Assembly (NCBI GenBank): GCA_964016885.1
Contig: OZ024759.1
Location: 14,818,001-14,882,000 of the forward strand
Source of the DNA: Eledone cirrhosa
Lineage: Eukaryota
Direction of reading: 5' to 3'
Length of the DNA stretch: 64,000 bases
Part shown: positions 26,628 through 50,069 of the stretch, piece after piece
How the letters are laid out: each line of letters opens with the position of its first letter
Position numbering within the stretch: position 1 is the stretch's first letter
Position numbers and translations under genes: made by a program
The notes under the pieces: generated by a model
What the model was told of the DNA's origin: nothing
Databases searched by the model: none
The model's input: only the letters and a program-made list of their open reading frames with translations

Positions 26628-27574
26628 GTTTTGCTATATACTATGTTATAAACTTTGTCCTATCATGGTGGGGCGCAGGTTTTAATGTTATTTATTTAAA
26701 ATCGAAATCGTAACTGGGAGAAGAACTTCGGGAAAAACAACTACGATTTAGATAAAATATCTGAAAAGGAAATTGCATAGCATGAAAACCCAGTTCAGTG
26801 AGTGTGGGAATATTTAATGCAGCGAACAATAAAAATAATTATTATTTCGTAAAGAATAGACAACAATTACTCAATGGTTGATATCTTTTTAATTATTCTG
26901 CCATGTATGGAATACCCTACGTACCAGAATTATTAAAAGCGCTGTTGGAATTCTATAAATATAATTAATCAATTATTTTACCATCGATATATTTATTTAA
27001 TTATTTATTTATTTGTTTATTTGTTTGTGTGTTTGTTTATTTATTATTTCCTTCTTTTCGTTCAGTTATTAATTCTTCAAATCACTATCTATACCACCCA
27101 TCCGTGAGGTAGTATATTTGTTTTAAAAATAATAAAAATAACAATAACAACAACATGACATACTTGACTAGTTCCGTGTGATAAACTGATTTGTTGTTTT
27201 AACCAATCAGCAATCGGGACGTTACTCTTGATTGCTTTTCAAGTGGCGTTCAAGTGTATCGATCATACAAAGTAGTTTAATTGAATTTTATAATAATAAG
27301 GAGGTTAATTAACTATATCAGACGTCCAGGCAGGTTAATTGCCAGTTACAAATCCAAGCGTCTCGGCAACAACACTTCTATCCACATGATATATTGAGAT
27401 AAAAGTGGTATTCTTTTAACATGCAGCCATATTTTATTGTATTTTAAATAGGAAGAAAAGATGGAAGATTTTTAGAATTGGTAAACTGGTGGACAAAATA
27501 CTGTGTGATAATTCACTACGAGTCTTATACGACCTAATTTCAAATATAAACTCATTACTGCACCAAGGCTTGAT

Positions 27575-27962
27575 GAACACAACCACAAGGATATGGTCCG
27601 AACGTGGAAGAGCCGAACTCCCACTATCATCGCCTCCCTCTCTCTTGCCATCCCCATCTCTCATGTATATCATGTATATCAGGTCCGAACGGGGAAGAAC
27701 CGAACACCCACTGGCCTCCCCACAGCCCCGGCGGGTAGAATGGAAAAGACGTTTCCCCAGGGGATGGTAAGGAAGATGCGCTGGAAGAGCTATACCATTT
27801 CACGAGGCTCACACCTGCGGCTGGCCAGCTCAGCGCCTATGGTGGTGAGTAGGGAGGTAGCCCTAAGGCCAAGGACACCAGAAGTCTCCACTGCCAAGGA
27901 CACGACCACAAACCTGTCGGAGAGCGGCGGAAGAATCGTTTAGTCTTTCATACTCTTGGGTC
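27575..27962 (-). mobile_element. CRE-clade-like non-LTR retrotransposon 3' fragment (end of restriction-like endonuclease region)
   Basis: Minus-strand frame LSDRFVVVSLAVETSGVLGLRATSLLTTIGAELASRRCEPREMV*LFQRIFLTIPWGNVFSIL resembles the FVPLAVET.G..G...QRIS..IQRGNA C-terminus of CRE/SLACS elements. Confidence 0.7.
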
Positions 27963-28211
27963 GGTAAAGTTATGAGCAGAGCCTATTGCAGACAATAGCC
28001 AGGAAAATGACAAATTAATAGAAGTGTTAGAGTGTCAGACAAAACATAACTTCCGTTATATATTCTAGCTCCTTGTATCTATTATAAAACCTCGTCAAGG
28101 AGAACTGGCGGGAAGGAAACGCTAGAGCGTCTTGCTGAGGTCCATTTGTATTTGTTCCAGCCATTCAGGTTTTGAGGTCAGATAATACAGGGACCTACGT
28201 GGGTGGTAGAC

Positions 28212-28264
<53 letters not shown>

Positions 28265-28353
28265 AAGAATAATAAATTTGAAGACAAGTTTATGGGACAA
28301 GTTCAGTAGAAACTTGTGGAATTAACTTCTTTCTCTCCCTCTTTAAATATATA

Positions 28354-28395
<42 letters not shown>

Positions 28396-28418
28396 TAATA
28401 TATATATATATATATATT

Positions 28419-28652
28419 ATATTTATTAAAATAACAGATTAAAGTTTAAGCAAAGAATTGCTGCTTTCACTCTTAACGGGATCTTCTGAAACTCAGAGTT
28501 TCAGAAGATCCCGTTAAGGGTGAAGGCACCGATTATTTGCTTAAACTTTAACCTGTTATTTTAATAAATATTTGCTCTACGGTGCTTATATATCTGATAT
28601 ATATTTATCCTTATCCAGCCCTTTGGATTTTAGGCTTCAAATCTATTATTAT

Positions 28653-28656
<4 letters not shown>
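28419..28656. repeat. Fold-back hairpin (28419-28571, 1-nt loop at 28495) plus one-sided tail; family also at 11858-12000, 41813-41952, 50920-51085
   Basis: TTAACGGGATCTTCTGAAACTC-A-GAGTTTCAGAAGATCCCGTTAA. Confidence 0.9.
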
Positions 28657-28695
<39 letters not shown>

Positions 28696-28843
28696 GTATA
28701 CCTATATTTATATTGTTCTATTATTGCCACCCCACTATTAATCTGAATGTATATGCACTGATTCTGGTATTTATCTCAGATATCATTGAGCAAGATAGTT
28801 AGTAGCACAGTTCTGCATTGCTCTACGTGCTCAGAGCATCGTG

Positions 28844-28880
<37 letters not shown>

Positions 28881-29299
28881 TATATATATGTATAAATGTA
28901 TGTCTGTGTGAGTGTCTGTGTCTGTGTGTATGCTTATATATATGTGTGTGTAGGGAGAGAAAGAAGAAAAGTGACAGATAAGAGACGTGTGTAAAATTGA
29001 ATACAAGTATAGCGTGAACGCGTCTTAAAATTAGGTTTCATTGTTGAATAATGAATGGCGTGCTTTCCTAATAAAACACTCATCAATATTCATTGCAGTG
29101 TAGAAAGTCCAAAGTACATGGCAAAACAAAAGTAAATTTCGAGGAATACAGACGACCGTTGCATGATATCAACGCCTTCTCGTTCCAACACTCTAACTGT
29201 TACTGTTGCTTTTTCAAGACAATGTGTTTAGTTCAGACCGCCATTTTAATGTTAAAGTTGTGTGTGTGTGTATAATGTGAGTGCGTATGTCTGTGTGCG

Positions 29300-29330
<31 letters not shown>

Positions 29331-30101
29331 GCACGCGCACACGCACACGCACACACACATGTATATAAACGTATGTGTGCGTATGAGTGTACATATATAT
29401 ACGTATATATATATACATGTGCACGTATATAATATATACACGCACGTATGTACACACACATGTATGTACACTTATATACACACATATATGTATCTCTACA
29501 CATACACACACATATATATGTGTTTGTGTGTGTGTATATGCATATGAGTGTGTGTGTGTGTGAGAGAGAGAGAGATTGCAGAACGATATCAATACGACGT
29601 AACTTAATAATGAAATCCACAATCCATCCCATTCATGGGTCTACATCCTTCCCTTCTCAACCTCTAAAGCAACACAAACAACAACAACAACATAAAAACA
29701 AAGATATAGAAACCCCACCACCACCAACATTACCGCAAAAGACACAAAACATAAATACCACAGAAATGAAAATAAAAACAGTATGTCTCGTCATAAAAGA
29801 AATCGATATTTCCGATACCAATGAAAACTCTGATTTTCTTTTCTAAAGCAGTCATATCACTAAGATATTATTACAAGAATAAACGGATTAATCTTCGCTT
29901 AATTTGACCTGAAATTTTCTTTCATAGAAATTTGCTTTATTTCCTCATTTGTAATATTTTTTCTGTGTAATTTTTATACTTCTTGTATATAAACTAGGGT
30001 TAGTTACTTGGTAGGTTTTTAAAGTAAATTTAACTAATATATATATATTTTTTATACAAATTTCCTTTATTTTGTAAATTTTGTTCAATTATTTAAAATG
30101 T

Positions 30102-31830
<1,729 letters not shown>

Positions 31831-32262
31831 ATATAGATATATATACAATTTCGTTTTTCTATTTCATTTTTTTTTGTTACTTTTTATATTCGTATCTATT
31901 TATTTATTTCAGTATACATTTTTGTTTTCTTTTTCCAGTTCGTTCAGAACTTTCCATTTTATTCTCTCGTTTCAAATATCTTTTCCGCCATTTCAACAAT
32001 TTAATTTCTTTTCTTTATATGTATAGATATTTTTTGTTTGTTTACTTGTTCTGTTTGTTTGATTGGTTGTTTGTTTATTATCTTCCACTTAAAATTTAGT
32101 TCTTTTATCTTTTTCTAAAAATCTTTTACCAGTCTGGTATTCCGTTTTATTCTGCTCTTCGACCCACACACACACACGCACACGCACACGCACACGCACA
32201 CACACCATGCATACGTACGTGCAAATAAACATGAATACACATATATACATACATATATATAT

Positions 32263-32326
32263 ATGATGGCTGCCCCTCGTTATCGAGTATGGCCATTGCA
32301 CAAAAAAAAAAAAAAAAAAAAAAAAA

Positions 32327-32366
<40 letters not shown>

Positions 32367-32445
32367 GCAATAATAATAATAACGACAACAACAATAATAA
32401 TATACATATTCATATATATATACACACACACGCACGCACATAAGC

Positions 32446-32485
<40 letters not shown>

Positions 32486-33603
32486 GATAGCAACTAACAG
32501 TGCTGCGATCGAATGTGGCTTTTTAGCCCAGCCAATGATCTAAAATGTCTTGCACAGAGTCGGCAACCAAAACATTTACTGGGAATAGTCGGCTGTGGTT
32601 GGAGTTCGTGTACTTTTGCATGTCGCTTGAGTCCTCCTGCTGATTTACATTCTCTACCACATGTTTGGCAAGCATGATGAGTAGCATCTCCAACAGCAGC
32701 CTGGTAGTCAACCACTGGTCTTACTTTATGACTGCGAAGATGACTTTCGAGTCCAGCTTTGCTTAGGCAGAGTCTCGCACAGACGCTGCATGTCAGAAAC
32801 ATAGGAGGACCCTCGCCGTCTGGAAGTGCAACAGCAATACCCTTCCTCACGTCCCGCTTTACTTTCTCGTGTGCGATTCGAGATGCCTCAAAGGCAACTT
32901 TTCCCTCATATACAGTCTTTCTCCATTTATTACGATCAGCAGCAATATTCATGTATCAGCAGAGATGTTAGCGTCTTTCAGAGAGGCCTTCAAGGAATCC
33001 TTATACCTCTTTTTTGGTTTATGTGGCGGTCGTTTTCCTTTAACCAACTCTCCATAGAAGAGTTGTTTTGGTATTCTAGAATCCTTCATCCTGGCAAGGT
33101 GACCACTCCAACGGAGTCGCTGCTTAAGCACAAGAGCTTCTATACTGTCACACATAGAGCTTTCCAAAATCTCGACATCACTGATGTGGTCCCTCCAGCG
33201 AACGCCATGTATCCGTCTGAGACACATCTAATGGAAACGCTCCAATTGCTTAAGGTGGCGTCGATATGTGACCCAGGTCTCGCAGGCATAAAGAAGACAA
33301 GAGAGTACACATGCCCTGTACACCCTTACCTTTGTCCTCCTGCATATGTCTCGCCGACCCCAGAGTCGCCTTTCTAGCTTTCCGAAAGCATCACTTGCTT
33401 TCCTAATCCTAAGTGAGATTTCACCGTCAAGGTTGCCGTATCGATTGACAGTGCTTCCCAGGTAGACAAACTGATCAACCACTCCAAGTCGTTTGCCATA
33501 CACATAGATGTTTGGTTCAGTGTACTGCCACCAGGTGCAGGCTGGTACATGACGACGGTTTTCTTGAGACTGACAGTCAAACCCAGGGCAGTGCAAGCGT
33601 CAG
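32263..33603 (-). mobile_element. 5'-truncated RTE LINE with three C-terminal C2H2 zinc fingers
   Basis: [71 protein letters not shown], then CSVC..H..H, CQTC..H..H, CRLC..H..H. Frameshifts and a stop are present; the 3' UTR is split by microsatellites at 32301-32483. Confidence 0.93.
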
Positions 33604-33604
33604 A

Positions 33605-39405
<5,801 letters not shown>

Positions 39406-39448
39406 TACGATATTAAACAAATGGAAACTATATTTATAAAACCATATT

Positions 39449-39513
39449 TATTTCGTTATATATATTTCTGGATATCATATTAAAAATATGGTTTGCCTTC
39501 CTCAGACAAAATA
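39449..39513 (-). ncRNA. Hammerhead ribozyme (family A, copy 4; stem II degraded)
   Basis: Minus strand TATTTTGT-CTGAGGA-AGG..CCA-GAA-ATATATAT-A-ACGAAATA. Confidence 0.62.
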
Positions 39514-39949
39514 CAATATATAAGCTGTTTTATAAATAAATTTGACATACCTTAGAATAATGCAACTTCCATTTAAAAAGTTGATTTGGTAGTGAAACTG
39601 TTAAGGACAGTTATAGAGAAAGAAAGACGAAGAAAAGCGAAGAGAAAAAGAAGATGAAGAGATGTATGTAAAGAAAAGCAACAGAGCGAGATAGAGAGAG
39701 AAGGAGATATGGGAGAGAGAAATATATTGAGGAAGTGAAAAAATGGTAGGCAGCTTGTGGACAAATGATCAGCGTACAAGTGAGAGGTTAAGGAGGGAAG
39801 GGATACAATTAAAACAGCCGACACATAAATCCCGTCAAGTGTAGAGGAGAAAAAGAAAGAAAGATGATATATTTAAAATATATTATGTCTCATCCATTTG
39901 AATGATCAATTTTTATGAATTAGGTATTATAATGTAAATATCAATATTC

Positions 39950-41812
<1,863 letters not shown>

Positions 41813-42257
41813 TATATTTATTAAAATAACAGATTAAAGTTTAAGCAAAGAATCGCTGCTTAAATATTTGCTTTACGGTTCTTATATATTTGATATATAT
41901 TTATCCTTATCGAGCCCTCTTGGATTTTAGTCTTGAAATTTATTATTATTACTATATATATATATATAGATATATTTATATATATATTCATAACGGCGAT
42001 GAATTAGTTTTGCGAGGTTTTTTATATGAAATCGTGTGTCGAAACAAATATTGTTATACTTGGGGAGGGTCATATTTGTGTAATATTGCCAGAATTAACA
42101 ACAGAACACCCTCACTTTTTGGTTGGTTTTCGCTTTTCGCTTCTGTGCCTTTTATATCGGTAATTTAATTTATTCGGTCCTCAATGTTGCCATTGACTGA
42201 CCAACGGTCAAAAATAATACAGATACAATATAGACACAAACATATATATATAGTTTA

Positions 42258-42297
42258 TCAAAGTTCTTTTGTTGCACATCTGCAACATCGTCAGTGG
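42258..42297 (-). ncRNA. Degenerate hammerhead (family G, left arm)
   Basis: Minus strand CCA-CTGACGA-tGTTGCA(gatg)TGCAAC-AAA-AGAACT-T-TGA; G12 mutated. Confidence 0.45.
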
Positions 42298-43014
42298 TGC
42301 TAAAGATTCCTGCCGTTGCATTGTATTTCTACGCCATCTTTCTTTAGTCTGTTTATATATTTATTTATTTGTTTGTTTGTTTATTTTATTTTGTCTTCTT
42401 TGCGCATGAGTTTGCGTGTGTGTATAGTGTTTTGTTTGATGTGTGTTCGTGATTGGGTGACTGTGTATTGGTTAATGTATTCTATGTTTACTAGTGTGTG
42501 TTTATATGTGTTTGTTGTTATTGTGCTTGTGTATGTATTTATTTATTTATTTATTTATCTATTTATTTATTTATTTATACTTCTCTTAGGTCAGTGTTGT
42601 TTGTTTGGGTGTTGTTGTTATTCCATTCATTCTTTCTGTTTAATCTTGGCCTTCTAAGTTCTATTTAACTGGCCTCTCTGTCGTATTGCTATTAACAAAT
42701 ATTTATAACCTGTCAAGTTTGCACTATATGAAAATGAATGTAACCAACCGATGTCTGCTATTTCCTATATGCAAATGTACATCTGCACTTAATGTTCAGC
42801 CCATAGGCCAGTATAGGTTAAATATCAATGATGAAAGATTAACGAGTTTTGAAACAGTCTTGTCTGCCGTGTTTGATTGCTACTAACAAAACCTGTGATG
42901 TGTTCACAGAGAAAACCATTTTTTCTTTACGAAAATATCATTTTTCTTTGATAGCGACGTTACCATATTTGTTCTATATAAACATATAGTTTATGATTTC
43001 TTATACACCACTAT

Positions 43015-43065
<51 letters not shown>

Positions 43066-43128
43066 GACTTTTTCCGGCTCCAACTTGGTAAATTATTTTT
43101 CATAGTGAAAAACATACGACGAAAATTT

Positions 43129-43182
<54 letters not shown>

Positions 43183-43280
43183 AATAAATATATATATATT
43201 TATACATAGAAGAATAAATAAATAAAATAAAATAAAAATGGCGTAGGTATTACAATACAACGGGAGGAGACATAATAGTA

Positions 43281-43320
43281 CCACTGATGATGTCACAGAT
43301 GTTTGACGAAAGAACATTGA
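43281..43320 (+). ncRNA. Degenerate hammerhead (family G, right arm)
   Basis: CCA-CTGATGA-tGTCA(cagatgtt)TGAC-GAA-AGAACA-T-TGA. Confidence 0.5.
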
Positions 43321-43515
43321 TAGACTATATTTATATATATATTTTTAACCGGTGGTCAATCAATGAAAAACATTGATTGCCAGATAAATTAACTATAGTG
43401 ATATAAAATATACACAAGGAAAACCAATCCAAACCAAGCAGTGTGTTCTGTTATTATTTTTGGCAATATTATAAAAATATGACCCACCCCGAATATAACA
43501 ATATATATATATAAA

Positions 43516-43847
43516 AATTGTTTCTACTTTTGGCACAAGGCCCAAAATTAACCAGTGTATTACTGGTACTTTATTTTATCGACCCCGTAAGGATGAAAGG
43601 CAAAGTTAACCTCGACAGGATTTGAACTCAGAATGGCAAGGGCCGTAACTCAATGCGTCAAAGCATGGCACCCGACCCTCTACCGATACTGCCAATCCAC
43701 CGCCCTATATACATAATAATAATTGTTTCTACTTTTGGCACAAGGCCATGAATTACCCAGTACATTACTGGTACTTTATTTTATCGAACCCGTAAGGATG
43801 AAAGGCAAAGTTAACCTCGACGGGATTTGAACTCAGATCGTAAAGGG
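43516..43847 (-). mobile_element. Two tandem SINE family 1 copies (full 43516-43705, truncated 43719-43847)
   Basis: Matches the family 1 consensus. Confidence 0.9.
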
Positions 43848-45428
43848 ATAATAATAATGAAATACATCGAGGTAATCCGAGAGTGTACTTACTGCTCGTT
43901 CTAGCAAATACTATATCCACTCTATCCACCTTAGTACCCGTCTGTGACCTCTGTATCAGGTATTAATTTCTCTCTCCGCCTCCTGAGATATTTCCACTCG
44001 CTACAAAGGAAACAGTCCTCTTTCTTGACCGATGTATCACGTGTTAATTCCTCCCTCCACCTATAGAGATTTTTTCACTTGCTACAAACACGTCGGGGAA
44101 CTCCTTTTTTCTGAGGTTTCTCATGAAAAGCTGATTTGCCTCACAACCACGATGCATTTCTATAATTGTTTCTACTTTTGGCACAAGGCCAGCAATTAAC
44201 CCAGTGTATTACTGGTCATTTCTATAATGCACATTAGTTGCATAAGGATCAGCGAAACTGCGCAGTTGGGACTTTGGAGAAAAAATAGGTATATTTTTGT
44301 CTATTATTTCTTATTTTGTAATTTGATACACACACACACACATATATAATATTATATATAATTATATATCTGTATATATATATCTGTATATATTGTAGAA
44401 ACGTATAAATATATATAAAGAATATTTGAAATATGTTGTTAATCTGTACGACATAAGGTAAAACACATAAACACGTACACACACAGTCATACACAATTAC
44501 ACAAGAACACACAGACACAGTAACTCTCTCACGAACACACACACACACACGAACACACATTAAAAACAGTTACTCTCCCACGAACACATATACATAAGTA
44601 AATACATACACAATCATACATATATATTTCAAAAAGAAGCTTGTTGTTTCTGGGCGATTTTTTTAAAATCGCATGTGCGACTGTTTCTTTTTTTTTTTCA
44701 ATTATTAATTAGGTTTAGCAGAAATGATTTCAAAACATTATTTCAAAAATTAATTCTGCGCTAAATCGCACCAATCGATAGATCGTAATTACCCGAGTTG
44801 TCTTATAACCAGAGATGTTATAATATCGGTACAAGTCAACCATAAAATTTATCTTTATATACACTGACCCGCCATTGTAACTAAGCCGATATATCTATAT
44901 ATGTTATGTTATCTTATGTATGTATGTGTGTATGTATGTATATATGCATACATATAGATTAATATTTATATATATATATTTTTTTTTTTGCATTTATATA
45001 TATATTTATTATTTAATATATATATATATTAATAATAAATAAATAAAAATATATATATATATATATATTAATAATATATATATATTTATATATATATATA
45101 TATTAATAATATATATATATATATATTAATAATATATATATATATATATATATATTAATAATATATATATATATGTATAAGAATATATATATGTAGATAT
45201 AGTCTTATACATATATATAATAAATGTTAATTATATGTATTTATATATATATATATACACATATACATTTTACATATATGTATATATATATGTATAAGAA
45301 TATATATATGTAGATATAGTCTTACACATATATAATAAATGTTAATTATATGTGTGTATATATATATATACACATATATACATTTTATATATATATATAT
45401 ATACACATATATACATTTTAGATATATG

Positions 45429-45460
<32 letters not shown>

Positions 45461-45479
45461 CACACATATACATTTTAGA

Positions 45480-45521
<42 letters not shown>

Positions 45522-45567
45522 TATATACATATATACATTTTATATATACATATATATATACATATAT

Positions 45568-45599
<32 letters not shown>

Positions 45600-45641
45600 C
45601 ATTTTAGATATATGTATATATATATATATATATACATATAT

Positions 45642-45680
<39 letters not shown>

Positions 45681-45686
45681 TTTAGA

Positions 45687-45727
<41 letters not shown>

Positions 45728-45809
45728 TTTATATATATATATACATTTTAGATATATATTTACATTTATATATATATGTATAAGAATATATGTATGTATA
45801 TATATTCTT

Positions 45810-45850
<41 letters not shown>

Positions 45851-45913
45851 TACATTTTAGATATATGTATACATATAGATTTACATTTATGTATAAGTAT
45901 ATATATATATATG

Positions 45914-45945
<32 letters not shown>

Positions 45946-46104
45946 AGCATATGTATGTGTAGAGAGAGGAGAGAGAGCACAGATGAAATGAAATACATAC
46001 CAAATCGAATATAACGCGCACACACACACACACACACACACCCATGCAGATTGACTGAAAAGAGACAGAATGAGACAAGCAAAAGCAAGATCATTGAAAA
46101 ACCC

Positions 46105-46259
<155 letters not shown>

Positions 46260-46894
46260 TCATGCATACACTGATACAGAAGCGTTCACTTACGCATAGA
46301 CTGCTGTATTACACAGATATATACATATATATATTTTAACTCCCAACAAATATATTTGTAAATATACACACATATACATACATGCATAAACACATTTCCA
46401 CACACATCTACACATATTCTCTCAATTATGTACACACACACATACATATACACACGCATACATATACACACATTCATGCAGGCACACACGCTCGGAATCT
46501 TACACACATACTCACGCATGGTCTTGCCGTCATACATACATGCATGCATATACGCTCGCAATCATACACACACATACACACACAGGATTGCTGTCATATA
46601 TTCATGTACACACACACACTCGCAATCATACGCACACATATTCACACATGGGCTGCTTGCAGTCATACACACATGCATATAGGCTCGCAATCATACACGT
46701 GCATACGCACACATAGGATTGCTGTTGTACATTCACGTATATATACATACACACTGGCAGTTATACACACGCATACGCACATGCAAGGGCCTACAGTCGT
46801 ACATAAACACACGCTCCCACACAAACACCCGCAATTATATTCACACATACGCAGCTACATGCACTTGCAATCGCACATACACACACTCACACAA

Positions 46895-47050
46895 ATCATC
46901 ATCATCATCATCATCCGGTGACCTCAGCCGAAATGGACTCAACAGTTGTTCTCCACGTGGGTCTGTCGTTCATTGCCGTTGCCAAGTCCTGGATTTCAAT
47001 ACCAGAATCTCTGGAGCTCACATTGGGATAGGAGAGCTACCGCTCCCTGT
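46895..47050 (-). mobile_element. RTE LINE extreme 3' end with (TGA)n tail
   Basis: Minus strand LSYPNVSSRDSGIEIQDLATAMNDRPTWRTTVESISAEVTG*, then GATGATGAT. Confidence 0.8.
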
Positions 47051-47664
47051 TATTAGTGACAACTTGTGGTGTCCAAAGCACTAATGGGGCCACAGCCTCA
47101 TAGGTGGCACAAATGGAAATGGCCAACAAATCGGGATAGGACAGCTTGTGCCCCCTGTTATTAGTGACACCTTGTGGTGTCCAAAGCACTAATGGGGTCA
47201 CAGCCTCATAGGTGGCACAAATGGCAATGGCCAGCAAATCGGGATAGGAGAGCTTGTGCCCCCTGTTATTAGTGACAGCCTGTGGTGTCCAGAGCACTAA
47301 TTGGGTCACAGCCTTATAGGTGGCACAAATGGCAATGGCCAGCAAATCGGGATAGGACAGCTTGTGCCCCCTGTTATTAGTGACAGTCTGTGGTGTCCAA
47401 AGCACCAATGGGGGTCACAGCCTCATAGGTGGCACAAATGACAATGGCAAACAAATCGGGATAGGACAGCTTGTGCCCCTGTTATTAGTGACAGTCTGTG
47501 GTGTCCAAAGCACTAATGGGGGTCACAGCCTCATAGGTGGCACAAATGGCAATGGCCAGCAAATCGGGATAGGAGAGCTTATGCCCCTTGTTATTAGTGA
47601 CAACCTGTGGTGTCCAAAGCACTAATGGGGTCACAACCTCATAGGTGGCACAAATGGCAATGGT
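47022..47664 (-). repeat. 108-bp tandem repeat, about 6 copies, derived from RTE ORF2
   Basis: ATCGGGATAGG recurs at 47130, 47238, 47346, 47455, 47563. The unit encodes AGHCH../LVLWTPQ..NRGHKLSYPD. Confidence 0.92.
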
Positions 47665-47930
47665 CAGAAAATCTTATTCTCCTTTTACATACAACGACAG
47701 ATATGCGTGGGAGGCCGGCACATATCTCTTAAACTCAGATGTCGCCAGCTTATGTTCTGAATGTGTCGAAGCAGGCGAGTGTAAGTGCAATCAAATACAA
47801 ACACATACTCGAAATCATACAGACGTATAGAAACACACATGTACTTACATTCGTACACACACACGCTCGCAATCATACACTTGCATACACACGCACATGC
47901 TCTTGTACATATACGTACGTACACACACAC

Positions 47931-47975
<45 letters not shown>

Positions 47976-48039
47976 TACACACGCACGCATACACACGCAC
48001 GCATACACACGCACACACACGCACACACACACACGTGTG

Positions 48040-49665
48040 TGCGTGTACACATACACATACTTACAGTCGTACATATACGTAAACACACCCACGCACAATC
48101 ATACACATGCATACATACACATATACTTACAGTCGTACATATACACACATATTTAGTCACATATATTTACAGTCGTACATACACACACATATTTACACAT
48201 ATACCGACGCGCACACACACACAATCATACACATGCATACTCATACACACACCTATACTTACAGTCGTACATACACATACACACAGCTATACTGACAGTC
48301 GTACACACACACACATATTTACACATACACCCACGCACACACATACACACACAATCATACACATGCATACACAAACACACGTATGCTTACAGTCGTACAT
48401 ACACACACATATTTACACATATACCCACACAGACACTCTCGCAATCATACACATGCATACACATACACACGTATGCTTACAGTCGTACATACACGCACTT
48501 ATTTACACATATACCCACGCACACACGCTCGCAATCATACACATGCATACACAAACACACACCTATACTTACAGTCGTACATACACACACATATTTACAC
48601 ATATATCCACGCACACACGCTCGCAATCATACACATGCATACACAAACATACGTATACTTACAGTCGTACATACACACACATATTTACACATATAGACAC
48701 GCACACACGCTCGCAATCATACACATGCATACACAAACACACACCTATACTTACAGTCGTACACACACACATATTTACACATATACCCACGCACACACGC
48801 TCGCAATCATACACATGCATACACAAATACACACCTATACTGACAGTCGTACATACACACACATATTTACACATATACCCACGCACACACGCTCGCAATC
48901 ATACACATGCATACACAAACACACACCTATACTGACAGTCGTACATACACACACATATTTACACATATACCCACGCACACACGCTCGCAATCATACACAT
49001 GCATACACAAACACACGTATACTTACAGTCGTACACACACACACATATTTACACATATACCCACGCACACACGCTCGCAATCATACACATGCATACACAA
49101 ACACACACGTATACTTACAGTCGTACACACACACACATATTTACACATATATCCATGCACACACGCTCGCAATCATACACATGCATACACAAACACGCAC
49201 CTATTCTTACAGTCGTACATACACACATATCCACGCACACACGCTCGCAATCATACACATGCATACACAAACACACACCTATACTTACAGTCGTACATAC
49301 ACACACATATTTACACATATACCCACGCACACACGCTCGCAATCATACACATGCATACACAAACACACACGTATACTTACAGTCGTACACACACACACAT
49401 ATTTACACATATATCCATGCACACACGCTCGCAATCATACACATGCATACACAAACACGCACATATACTTACAGTCGTACATACACACATATCCACGCAC
49501 ACACGCTCGCAATCATACACATGCATACACAAACACACACCTATACTGACAGTCGTACATACACACACATATTTACACATATACCCACGCACACACGCTC
49601 GCAATCATACACATGCATACACATACACACACACCTATACTGACAGTCGTACATACACACACATA
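48040..49665. repeat. About 90-bp CA-rich minisatellite, about 18 copies
   Basis: Unit ACTTACAGTCGTACATACACACACATATTTACACATATACCCACGCACACACGCTCGCAATCATACACATGCATACACAAAC... Confidence 0.95.
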
Positions 49666-50012
49666 TATAGTCAGATATAACAGTGACATATTCAATAGTA
49701 AACCACAGATGTTATACAACCATACACACAATTTGTAATCAACGCGAGACATACTTAATATTTTACTGAACAGTAAGCTTACCATTACTATCTTCAATGG
49801 AAGACTTTTGTTGCTGCTGTTATATCTGTTGTTATTGTCTTTGTTGTTGTTGTTGTTGTCCATATTATTGTTCCCGCTCTTTTGTTATTTTTCTTGTGTA
49901 TTTTTTATTTCTTTATTATATTATAATATATATTCTTTTACCTGTTTCAGCCATCCGGTTCATTTCATCTGATATCTTGATGAATATATATATATATATA
50001 TATAGCTTTGCG

Positions 50013-50069
<57 letters not shown>

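Larger units (their letters stand above)
42048..43505. repeat. Diverged fold-back element: arms 42048-42340 and 43235-43505; related termini at about 17930-17970, 55985-56113, 58945-59000
   Basis: ATTGTTATACTTGGGGAGGGTCATATTTGTGTAATATTGCC.. is mirrored by ..GGCAATATTATAAAAATATGACCCACCCCGAATATAACAAT. Confidence 0.8.

Noticed and set aside
28572-28656. Hammerhead in the tail of the 28-kb palindrome family
   Set aside because: Only CC(G/A)AAGA and ATATATATC-like fragments; no consistent stem II or GAAA in four copies.
47739-49680. His/Thr-rich ORFs, or a CRISPR-like array
   Set aside because: CA-rich minisatellite; no unique spacers, no cas genes, eukaryotic context.
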